From the NCBI GenBank assembly GCA_009914755.4, contig CP068257.2, forward strand, positions 13,952,001 through 14,016,000: a stretch of DNA of 64,000 bases, given 5' to 3'. Below, one piece after another: positions 40,259 to 51,645 of the stretch. The stretch's first letter is position 1. Each line of letters opens with the position of its first letter. The notes under the pieces were generated by a model. That model was not told the DNA's origin. It made no database searches and saw only the letters and a program-made list of their open reading frames with translations. A program made the position numbers and the translations under genes. Source of the DNA: the human T2T-CHM13v2.0 reference genome, Homo sapiens.

Positions 40259-40732
40259 TGTATTAGTCAGGGTTCTCTAAGAGGGATAGAACTAATAGGA
40301 TATATATATATCCTACTAAATAAACACACACATATATATATATATATGTTTATTAAGTATTAACTTACACGATCACAAGGTCCCACAATAGGCTGTCTAC
40401 AAGCTGTTGAGCGAGGAGAGCCAGTCTGAATCCCAAAACTGAAGAACTTGGAGTCTGCTCTTCAAGGCCAAGAAGCATCCAGCACAGGAGAAAGATGTAG
40501 GCTGGGAAGCTAGGCTGTCTCTTGTTTTCACATTTTTCTGCCTGCTTTATATTCACTGCCAGCTGATTAGTTTGTGCCCACCAGATTAAGGGTGGGTCTG
40601 CCTTCCACAGCCCACTGACTCAAATGTTAATCTCTTTTGGCAACACTCACACAGACACACCCAGAATTAATGCTTTGTATCCTTCAATCCAATCAAGTTG
40701 ACACTCAGTATTAACCATCACAAGCATTTAAT
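40259..40732 (-). mobile_element. ERVL-type LTR (MLT2-like; same family as 2113, 4985 and 16808), oriented as the 5' LTR of the minus-strand HERV-L-like provirus
   Basis: Reverse complement reads TGTGATGGTTAATACTGAGTGTCAACTTGATTGGATTGAAGG..GAGTCAGTGGGCTGTGGAAGGCAGACCCACCCTTAATCTGGTGGGC ... AGAGAACCCTGACTAATACA, with an (AT)n/(CA) tract at the usual microsatellite site (40300-40350). Track ORF 40365..40556 is a read-through. Confidence 0.65.
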
Positions 40733-42092
40733 ATAAACCTAATAAGTTATTTCTAACAGCTTTATTGAGATATAATTTACATACCATAAAATTTACCCTT
40801 TTAAAGTATACAGTTCAGTGGTTTTAATAATTCACAAAGTGGTACAACCATCATCACAATTTAGTTTTAGAACATTTTCATCACTCCAACATAAATAATT
40901 TTTTAGTTCTTTTTGCTTTCACCTTTAGGAATTCTGTATTTCTGGATAATTATAAAAGGCACTTTATTAATTTGGCAATGACTGGGTCAAATCTAAAATG
41001 AAGAAAAAAATGCTGTAAAGTTAGACAGCTATCATAAAGGAGATAATAAGTAATTGTTTTATTTGTTGTCTTTAAACATGTAAAGGCTTCTGGGAAGAAT
41101 CCTTAAATATTAATTTTTAGTAATGGAAATTCTGGAAATTAAAATATATCAAACATCAAATGTTATTAAAAATTTTAAATCAACAAAAGTCTGCATTTGT
41201 AAGTCAAATTTCTACCTAAGATTACAAAGGCTTTGGTTATAGATCCCCTTAAAAGGATTTGGATGATTCTAAGAAGAAAACAAAATTACTTAGATGTAAT
41301 CCTAGCTTTTGGCTCTGTCAATGCAGAAGACATTTCATCATGTGATTACACAGCAATAGGGTGTTTTTATAGTACCTATTCTTATAGAAAATGTTCTTTG
41401 AGGTTCTGTGCACACTGGTAAAGACAGGATAGTTGCCATATTTCAGCACCTAACCAGAACAAAAGATGTGCATTCATTTTACATTCACAAGTCTTATTAA
41501 TTTTTACAAATTTGCATGACTTATTTTAAATTTGTACTGCGTGAGTTGGAGAAATTCTCAATGATCAAGTTATCTGAGAGCATTAGTCATTCTTTAACAT
41601 GATTATTGCTGCACTGGGTTAAGTCGTATTTGATAATTTTCTTCTAAATGTGACTTAGTGGGCTTACCAAACCAACATTAAAAAAGCTTTTCAACTATTT
41701 AGTCACTTACATTTTCTGCTATTAAAAAATGTTTCTGATTTTTGAGTGTTTGCCTCCCAAAAAACACTTTAGAAGTTTTTTCAGAAACACAACTTAATGG
41801 GTTAATCCTGCTACCAAAACAGACTCTCTTGGGATTCACAGGCTGAGAATCCAAACTTTTACCAAACATGATTTCTTATAAAGACGTCTTATAGCTTACT
41901 GAGAGAAACCATTTGGGGAACACTGCAAAAATACAGTGTAGTAGAATCTGGGGAGCAACTTTGTTCAGAATTTTGGGCTATGGTATTTCAGGAATTTAAA
42001 AAAAAACAAAGCATTAGAATAAAAGTCTAAATGGACTCCCTCTTTGGCCAGGGCACTCTAAAATGTAACCTGAAAGACTGGTTCAGGCCATG

Positions 42093-42570
42093 ATGAGAAG
42101 TGGGGTTCAGACATGCCTCATCATACCCTTCCAGCAGTAACATCAATGCCTACCTTAAGTCTGATAAGAAACATTTACAATTCTCTCTAAAGCCTGCTAC
42201 TTGGAGGCTTCATCTTTAGGATAAAACCTTGGTGTCTTCAACCCCTAATCATAGCAAAGACATCTCTTTCTACTGATAATAACTCTTTCAACCAATTGCC
42301 AATCAGAATATATTTATATCTACCTATGACCTGGAAGCCCCCTGCTTCAAGTTGTCCTGTCCTTTCAGATCAAACCAATGTAAATCTTACCTGTATTGAC
42401 GGATGTGTTATGTCTCCGTACAATGTATAAAACCAAGCAGTATCCCGACCACCTTGGGCACATGTCCACATGTCGTCAGGACCTCCTGAGACGGTCATAG
42501 GCACCTCCTTAACCTTGGCAAAATAAACTTTCTGAAGTGTGTGAGATCTGTCTCAGATACTTTGGGTTCA
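42093..42570 (+). mobile_element. Candidate solo LTR of an unidentified ERV family (U3-R-U5-like layout with promoter motifs)
   Basis: Begins TGATGAGAAGTGGGG. It has a CCAAT-like AACCAATTGCCAATCAGAA, a TATA-like ATGTATAAAACCAAGCAG, the poly-A signal GGCAAAATAAACTTTCTG ~75 bp downstream, and ends ..GGGTTCACA. I cannot assign a family. Confidence 0.3.
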
Positions 42571-43704
42571 CAACAGGGAATAAAGAGTACGGCAGGAGCC
42601 CATCCAGTACCCTAAAATACTTACTTTAAACATCAGTTTTTTCCACAATGTTTACTAGAAGGCTAGGGGCCTAGCCTTAATCCTGGTGCTTGCCATGTTT
42701 GTCGTTTTGGAGGGAATGTTGTGCAACACCTTACTCACCCAGGAATTGTACCTGTTGACTCCCTTCAATGTTTGAGGCCCAGCCAGCACTCTGTCTACAG
42801 GAGCTAAACAGCACAGCTGGTTCCTCTGGCAGCGTGACTGGAATTCTTTCTCAGCTTTTATGTTCACACAGAAATGTTATCTTAATCTCAACTGACAAGT
42901 GTGTTCTTAAAACAAAACTCAAAGGTAGAAGGCTAGAGGAATGCTTCAGGGAGCTCCAAAATGAACAAAATGAATAGATCTGCACAGCAATTACATTTAG
43001 AAACCGAAACTTTTAATCCACAATTTAGACAGTAGCTGCAAAAGACAATTTGTTCCTTTCTGTTTTGGAGTGAAGATTATAATACATCATAATAGTGGTT
43101 TTTCACATTAAGTAATGTTTTTGCATTTCTGTAAAAAGTGCCTTAATGCCAAAACAAAAGGAAAATTAGTCATTAGTGGAAAAAAATAAATCCATAGTAG
43201 TGGTAATAAGTCATTTATTCCTCCATCCAGCAGTTACTGAACACCTATTGTATGCCAGATTTTTATCTAGGCAAAGAAAGAGTGAAAGATAATTCTCATA
43301 AAGGCCCTAAAAACAGGGAATCTTGGGGTATTCTGAAAACCTTGAACTAGGGCGCACTTCCGAACAAAGAAGGGGTGTGAGGGAGGACTTCTCAGAGGAG
43401 CTGAATACTTGTAAATAGATAATATGGAGATTTTAGAAATTGAAATTCGAAACATTCTAAAGCAGTGTCAGAAAATGTTCTATGTAAATTTAGCTGTTAT
43501 TATTATGTTATGAAAATCTTTGTGTGTCCTAAGCATACATAACATAGGCATACATAAGAAACAGATTTAAATCCGTTTCAGATAATCCATTGTCCATCAA
43601 GCATAATTATTGATCTTCACATGGTTCAGACACAATGCTGAAAATTGGAATTAGGAAAGATAATTTTTCCAGGAGTCCCTGAGGCAAGCAGTCTTGTATC
43701 CTAA

Positions 43705-44056
<352 letters not shown>

Positions 44057-44121
44057 TAATCATCAAAATTATAGGAAGAATAATTTGTTTTATTCTCTAA
44101 AGTCTCTAGAACATTTTTGTT

Positions 44122-44300
44122 CTCTTCCTCCCTCCCTCTCTCCTTCCCTCCCTCCTTCTCTCCCTTCCTTCCTCCTTCCCTCCCTCCGTCCATCCTTCCT
44201 TCCTTCCTTCCATCCTTCCTTCCTTCCTTCCTTCCTTCCTTCCTTCCATCCTTCTTTCCTTCCTTCCTTCCTTCCTTCCTTCTCTCTCTTTCACTCTTTC
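44122..44300. repeat. (TTCC)n/(GGAA)n polypurine-polypyrimidine microsatellite, ~180 bp, strongly strand-asymmetric (a mirror repeat)
   Basis: tccctccctctctccttccctccctccttctctcccttccttcctccttccctccctccgtccatccttccttccttccttccatccttcc... The track ORFs 44085..44422 and 44106..44342, with SFLPSFLP and KEGRKEGR repeats, are artefacts of this tract. Confidence 0.9.
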
Positions 44301-46339
44301 CTTTTCAATCTCATGTCTCCAAGAAAAACAAACTTGGCACAATTATTAGGAGTCACTCTTTCATGGTGAGTATAAGTTTCATGACATTTCAGAGGAAGTA
44401 CAGTCAGCCATTTCCGTGGTGATTGAGGAGGTTTGAAGATTATGGACTAATACGCAGGAAGTTATCTATAGATTGCACTGGAAGGAACCTGAGGAATTAG
44501 AGCTCAGATTGGGAAGGAGATAGGTTATGTTTTCAGCACTTTTATGCGCCTTTTATCCTTTCTTATAGGAAGGCTGCAGATAATAACTAACAAATGACTA
44601 ATAATACTACCTATGACTGTTTGATTCCCATTCTCTGTAATTCTGTCCTTATGAGACTGCCAGAGTGAGGACAAATTTTAGGCCACAGACTGAGAGAAAA
44701 CAATAATCAATAAGAATTTCAGGTGTGGCGAGAAGGGAACATGCCATGGTCTTCAAAGCAATGATCAGAACACATTGTCTTTCCAGTTTGGGGGTGGGAA
44801 GAGAAAAAGGAGTAAGACTGTAGCAGAACTGCTTAAACAGAGCTCAATATTCTACAGAGTCAACAAGCACCCCTCTCATTCACTACATACAGATATTAAG
44901 AACGCTGATTAAAAGTGGGAGAGCTACTGCTTAAGTACAATATGTGGAATGTTGAGCTCTGTTTAAGTGTTTCTGACAGCATGCCTCTTTTTGACAAATA
45001 CCAGTTAAAATATGAAATACGAGTTTCTTGGAACAGAACGCAGAATCTCTTGGGGAACTGAGAGAAGCCAAGTTGACCATTTAATAATCATCAGGTTCTT
45101 TTGGCAAATATTGAGAGCTCCCAGCAATTAGAGGTAGGCAAGTAGGCGTTGGATGGCAATCCTCTCCCATGTAACCGTGCTACCCCATGGTATGTCAATA
45201 ATGAAAACAAGTTATATAACAGATTAAGATTGTCTAAAATGTATTAACAAGAAGCAAAAATAGTCACATCAACTGCTCTTGTAAGCTTAGAATACTAAGG
45301 CTGTTCAGACATTCTGAAAGCAGGATAAGCCAACCTTCTAGTTTGGGTCAAGCAACATTGTCATCTCTGAAATGAAAGTGTGTGGCCAAATGGAGATGTG
45401 AACCTACCATGCTGCTCCAGAGATATTAGTTTCTGCCGGATTTGCATATCTTTACATCGAGTTCATACATGGGTGTTGGTGCCTGTACACTCATTCTATC
45501 CAGTCATGTAACTCAAGCACAGCTCATTTTACTAATGTTTGTATGCTAATTAAAAACTCTTAGGTATAGATTCCTATAATAATATTTAAAGTTATTATGT
45601 AGCTACTTCTGAAGTGTGAATACCTGAGTAGGGTACTTCAGATGTTCAATACTCCCTTAGAACAGTGAATATAGTAAGCACTCAAATGTTACTTACTACT
45701 TTTCTTGTACTTATCTTGGTTGTCATCTTCATTAGTATGTGACATGCTCTGCTATTTCTCTACATGTCTAACTTACTCACTAAGCTAGTGCTTTTCAAGC
45801 CCATTAGTGGGTTATAAAATCAATTCAACAGTTTCTACATAGCATTTTTAAATGAACTAGGCCAGAAAAGAATAGCAAATATTAAAGTGTATCAAGTTTT
45901 TGGTTCAGGCTTATAAAGGTATATATACTGAGTTACAACGTAAAATATGTTTCCTACTGTGGCTCATGGTCAAAAAGAACAAACAGAAAAATGCTATACT
46001 AGGTTGTATACTTCAAAGAGATCTTCCCTTATTTATGTTGCTAACCCCAGTGTTTAGTATATGTTTAGCTGGTCAGTAAATGTTTGAATATGAGTAACTT
46101 GTTTTTTCTGCTAAGACGAATTTCACTGTAAGATGAGACTGGCATTTAAACCTTTTGGAGAATCTGAAACCAAATATGTGTAATTGATATTTGTAGAACC
46201 AATGCATAGAAATGTTCTCTGTTGCTCTGTTTTGAAGAAAACTGTAATTATAGACAATCTCTCCTGGAAATCTTTATAGTTTTGTGTCTCAGTGTTCTGC
46301 ATTTTAAAACCCAGAAATTGCTTATTCTGGCGAAATGTA

Positions 46340-46790
46340 TTCCAGTGCCCTTTGTATCAGTTGCCTGTTGTTGCTGTGCAAATTGCCACAAGTGTTGTTG
46401 CTTAAAACAACATGTTTACTATCTCATAGTTTTATGAACTAGACATCTGACATGAGTCTCACTGGACTATAGTCAAGAGAGCCACAGCCTGCTTTCTTCT
46501 GAGGTTCTAGAGGAGATTTTCCAGCTTCTGGATGCCTCTGGAATTCCTTGGCTCATGACTCTTTTCTCCATCTTCAAAGCCAGCGGCGCAGCCCTCCGAC
46601 CTCTGCCTCCATGGTCACATCTCCCCTTCTGACTCTGACTCTCCTATCTTCCTCTTTGATTTATAAGGACCCTCCTGATTACACTGGGCTCACAAAGATA
46701 ATCCCAGATAACCTCCCCATTTCAAGTTCTTATTTAGCCATATCTGCAAATTCCCTTTTGCCACTTAATATTCACAGGTTCCAGGAATAA
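46340..46790 (-). mobile_element. MaLR-type LTR (MLT1-like), antisense, diverged
   Basis: ..GTTGCTTAAAACAACATGTTTACTATCTCATAGTTTTATG..CTCCATCTTCAAAGCCAGC..TTTGATTTATAAGGACCCTCCTGATTACACTGGGCTCACAAAGATAATCCCAGATAACCTCCCCATTTCAAG.. resembles the reverse complement of MLT1 (..TATAAGGACAC..GGATTAGG..AACATATGAATTTGGGGG). Confidence 0.4.
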
Positions 46791-48313
46791 AACTTAGACA
46801 TCTTTGGAAGCCATTATTCTGCCTTCCATGCCCATCAATTCTACTGCCTAAGAAGTGACTCAAACAGAGAACATTTGCAAAGCATTTTGGATAACGTTCA
46901 TGCTGCTTGACTTATAGATGTGGCTATGCAGGTCATTTCCTAAAAACCTGTTTTCTGATTTCGTATGATTTTGGGTGTTCAGCATGGGCCAAGAAAGTAA
47001 CACCTAACCATCAGTGATTTTAAAATCCTTGCTTTTGAGAATTTGTTGAAATTTAGGTAGCAACCCACATTTTCATACTGAAATTTGAAATTGTTCTAAC
47101 TTTTAACATTACTTAGTTAATAAACCTTAGAGTAATGAATTAGAGAAATAGAAGTAGAAGGTACAGAATTCTAAACTAGTGAAGAACAGTTTGATAATTT
47201 ATGAGGATACATAACTTGCAGAATGTGAAATTTTGGGAAATAATATGGCTGTCCAGGGCAAAGTCACTGCAGTTTCCTGAGTAATTAAGAAATGTAATTT
47301 GGAAGAACTGCTGGCCTGTTGGCAAAGATTTTGAACACTATCTACGCTGGTTTGTTTTATAAGTCAATGCCTTCTAACACTTTTATTTTCAGTGACTGTC
47401 ATTTTAATTTTTTTCTCCAGTTCCCTAGTTTCTATGAGAATTTGGTCTTGCTAATAAGATTTTCTCCAATTATGAAATTTGTCAACAACATAGATTCTTG
47501 AAAAGTAATTATAATCCTTTACTTAAAATTTTTATTGTTTCCTTTAAAATGTCTTCTGCATAGTAAAATTCAAAATCAAATATCTGTCAAAGAGGTGAGT
47601 GTGCCTTATTACCTCAAAGATGTTAAATTGCTTTTGCAAATTACTTTCTCATTCTCTTTTCTAGTCTCATCTTAATTCTCCATGGTTTTAATAGCAGGTG
47701 CTCTTGCTGGCTTCATTTGGTTTATTGCTTTGTCTAAAAATAGTTTTCATAGCTTAAATAGGCTTGCAAATTTGATTCTTTCTAATAATTTCACTTATAA
47801 GCAGTCACATTTTCTCTCTGAAAAATAATTTAATATTTATATTGCCAGTTGGGCTAGGTTTGGTTTTTAAGTTGTGCATTTGTTTCCATTTGAAACTACT
47901 ATTGTTAATAATCAACATTGGCTGAGGCAAGATGTAGTAGACGCCACCCTTACCAATAAATATTCCTTGGACTGTTAACATGAGTAGTTCATTGAAAGTA
48001 TGTTTGAATCAAAAGAATTAGGTTGTAAAGTGAGCGGAGGCTGTGGCTTCTGAAAAAAATTGGCTATGGACTTAGAAATCAAATCAAACCTAGGATTAAA
48101 TTTGGCTCTGCTACTGATTAGCTAAGATTTGGAACATGCACCTCAGTTTTGTCATGTGTACAATTGGAAAATACAGACCTCGTGAGAATGATGTGAAAAC
48201 TATATGAGATAATGCAGCTAAATTTCTAGCATAGGATTCACAAAAAGCATCTAATAAATTGTACCTCTTATTACCTAGACATTTCTAGTTTTGCTTTAAA
48301 AAATAAAATCTGT

Positions 48314-48626
48314 GGCCAGCGCCGTGGCTCACACCTGTAATCCCAGCACTTTGGGAGGCTGAGGCGGGCAGATCACTTGAGGTCAGGAGTTCGAGACCAG
48401 CCTGGCCAACTTTGTGAAACCCCATCTCTACTAAAAATACAAAAATTAGCCAGGCATGGTGTCACACACCTGTAAACACAGCAACTCGGGAAGCTGAAGC
48501 TGGAGAATCTCTTGAGCCCAGAAGGTGGAGGTTGCAGTGAGCCAAGATCACACCATTCACACCACTGCACTCCACCTAGGCAACAGAGCCAGATTCCATC
48601 TCAAAACAAACAAACAAACAAAAAAC
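48314..48626 (+). mobile_element. Alu SINE (AluS-like) with (CAAA)n-containing A-rich tail
   Basis: GGCCAGCGCCGTGGCTCACACCTGTAATCCCAGCACTTTGGGAGGCTGAGGCGGGCAGATCACTTGAGGTCAGGAGTTCGAGACCAGCCTGGCCAAC ... CTCAAAACAAACAAACAAACAAAAAA. Track ORF 48373..48570(-) is a read-through. Confidence 0.9.
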
Positions 48627-48764
48627 TGTGTATCTTAACAGATTTTTTTAATTGATATGTGCTATAAACAGTTCTTAACACCCACAAGGAATACACAAAA
48701 CATCCAATAGATTACAAAAAATGTTAAACTTCAAAAATTCTTGATATGAAAATGAAATCAATAA

Positions 48765-49080
<316 letters not shown>

Positions 49081-50105
49081 TAGATTAGCAATAATTTCTA
49101 ACGGATTATTTTTATCAACAGACTGTCATTATAGTGGGGGCAAAGGGCTAGATTAAAGGCATTAGGACAACTAACCATCTGTATATAAAAGAATAAAACT
49201 AGTACCCTACATCACACCATTTTCAAAAATCAATTACAGACACACAAAATACTTAAATGGAAAAAAGCTACAAGACTAACTTAAAATATTATATGTGTAT
49301 ATATATATATGTATACACACACGCATATGTACTGAAAAAGGTGAATAGTTAAATAAATAAATTGGAAAGGAAAAACAAATATTCCTTACAGAGGAATTCC
49401 ATTTAAAATATGCAGATTCTCCTCCCTCAAAGGCGTGGCACTTAATCACCACCACATTTCTCCTTCTTGGTAGGCTAGACATAATAACTTGCTTCCAAGG
49501 ACTAGGGTAAGGAGAGAGAAAATCAGTAACTTTACAGTGAAAAAATCTGGCAAGGCGTGATTAACCAAGTAATTAAGGTTAACATCGTCAGTGATGTCAT
49601 GTAGGTATGATATCCCCCTTGATATTCTGGGATGAGAAGGGCACTTTACCCATGACATATTCTTTCCAAACACCCATAAGCTCACTGTAATCATAAGAAA
49701 AACATCAGATAAATTTAGATCCAAGACAATTCTACAGCTTCCTTGGCCAGTACTCCTCAAGACTGCCAAGATGATGAAAAACAAGGAAAAGAAAGAAAAG
49801 CTGTCATAGACCAGAGGAGACGTGGGAGAAATGACAAAGAAACACAATCTGGATCCAGGATTGAATACTGGAAACAAAGAAAAGAAACCTAGTGAAATTC
49901 AAATAAAATCTGGAGTTCAATTAGCAGTAATGTATTAATGTTGGTTTCTTATCTTGGACAAATGTACTATGGTAATGTAAGATGTTAACAAAAGGTGAAA
50001 CTGAGAAAGAGAAACACAGGGACTCTGTATTATTGCTGCAATCTTTCTATAAATCCAAGGTTATTCAAAAGTACAAAATGTATTTAAGAAGACTATAAGA
50101 TTTAA

Positions 50106-50426
<321 letters not shown>

Positions 50427-51289
50427 CTTTATATTCTTCAGATAAAGATGTCTTAACCAAGGAAAAAAATGTAGAAAAATATTGATGAAAAGAAAATATT
50501 GATAAATTTGACTACATTAAATTCCAGAATGTTCATCAAACCAAGCTGCAAAGAAAGTAAAAATATAAATCACAAATGGGGAGAAGGTATTTGCAATAAA
50601 TACATTGAAATGACAGAGATCTCTTGCAATGCAAATTGAAAAAAGATAAGCAGCTCCATGGAAAAGTGAGGAAAATACTTAAATAGAATTTCAGAAAAAA
50701 GGCAGTCTCAAAGATCAATGAGTATATTAGAGGATGTTCAACCATATTACTGTTGAGGAAAAGACCACAGTGGGATATCATTTCATGTTTGCTCACTTGG
50801 AAATTTTAAAGACTGAGAATATCAAGTGTTATCAAAAGTGTGGAAAGCCAAAACATTTATACACTGCAGGTGGAAGTGTAAGACTTTATTGCCACTTTGG
50901 AAACAATTTGGCAGTATCTAGAGTAAAAGATGTGTGTATTCTATGTATGACAAAGCAACTGCACTTCTAGGTATATAGCACAGAGAAACTCTCGTATATA
51001 TGAACCAGGAAACCAAAATACTCTCAGAAGCTCTGTTTATAATAACAACAACAAAAAGAAAAACAAAACAGATGCAACCCAAATATCTATCACAACATAA
51101 TACCATCCAGCAATGAAAATAAAACAACAGTAATGAGCGAAACAAGGATGAATTGCAAGAATACAATTTGGAGGGAAAGAGGAAAGTGCAGAATGCATAC
51201 AGCATTTCTTTACATCAAATTTTAAAATATAGAACTAAACAATTTAGTGTTTAGGATCACAAACACGTGGGAAAGTGCTATGGTCTTAA

Positions 51290-51645
51290 TGTTTGCATTC
51301 CTCCAAAATGCATATAATTGAAATTTAATCCCCAAAATGCTGTTACAAACAGGTGGCGCCTTTGGGAGGTGATTAGGTCATGAGGATGAAGCCCTCAAGA
51401 ATGCAATTAGTGTCCTTATAAAAGAGGCCTCCAAGAGCTCATTGGCCCCTTTTTGCCCTTCTGCCATGTGAGGATATAGCAAAAAGGCACCATCTTTGAA
51501 GAAGACAGGAAGCCCTCACCAGACATGGAAGCTACTGGCACCTTGATCTTGGACTTCCCAGGCTCCAGAACTCTGAGCAATAAGTTTCTGCTGTTTACAA
51601 ATTACCCAGTTTAACATATTTTGTTATAGCAGCTTGAACAGACTC
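51290..51645 (+). mobile_element. MaLR solo LTR (MLT1-like)
   Basis: TGTTTGCATTCCTCCAAAATGCATATAATTGAAATTTAATCCCCAAAATGCTGTTACAAACAGGTGGCGCCTTTGGGAGGTGATTAGGTCATGAGGATGAAGCCCTCAAGAATGCAATTAGTGTCCTTATAAAAGAGGCC..CTTCTGCCATGTGAGGATATAGCAAAAAGGCACCATCTTTGAAG..CACCTTGATCTTGGACTTCCCAGGCTCCAGAACTCTGAGCAATAAGTTTCTGCTGTTTACAAATTACCCAGTTTAACATATTTTGTTATAGCAGCTTGAACAGACTC closely matches the MLT1 consensus. Confidence 0.65.

Noticed and set aside
44085-44422. Repetitive-peptide ORFs (SFLPSFLPSF..., KEGRKEGRKEG...) that could look like a repeat-protein gene
   Set aside because: They are produced entirely by the (TTCC)n microsatellite read in different frames and strands.
49446-49877. 143-aa minus-strand ORF, second longest in the window
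   Set aside because: The translation is low-complexity and hydrophobic, with no recognisable domain. The plus-strand sequence is K/E-rich AAGAAA-type low-complexity DNA (aacaaggaaaagaaagaaaagctg). A chance ORF in AT-rich DNA is the simplest explanation.
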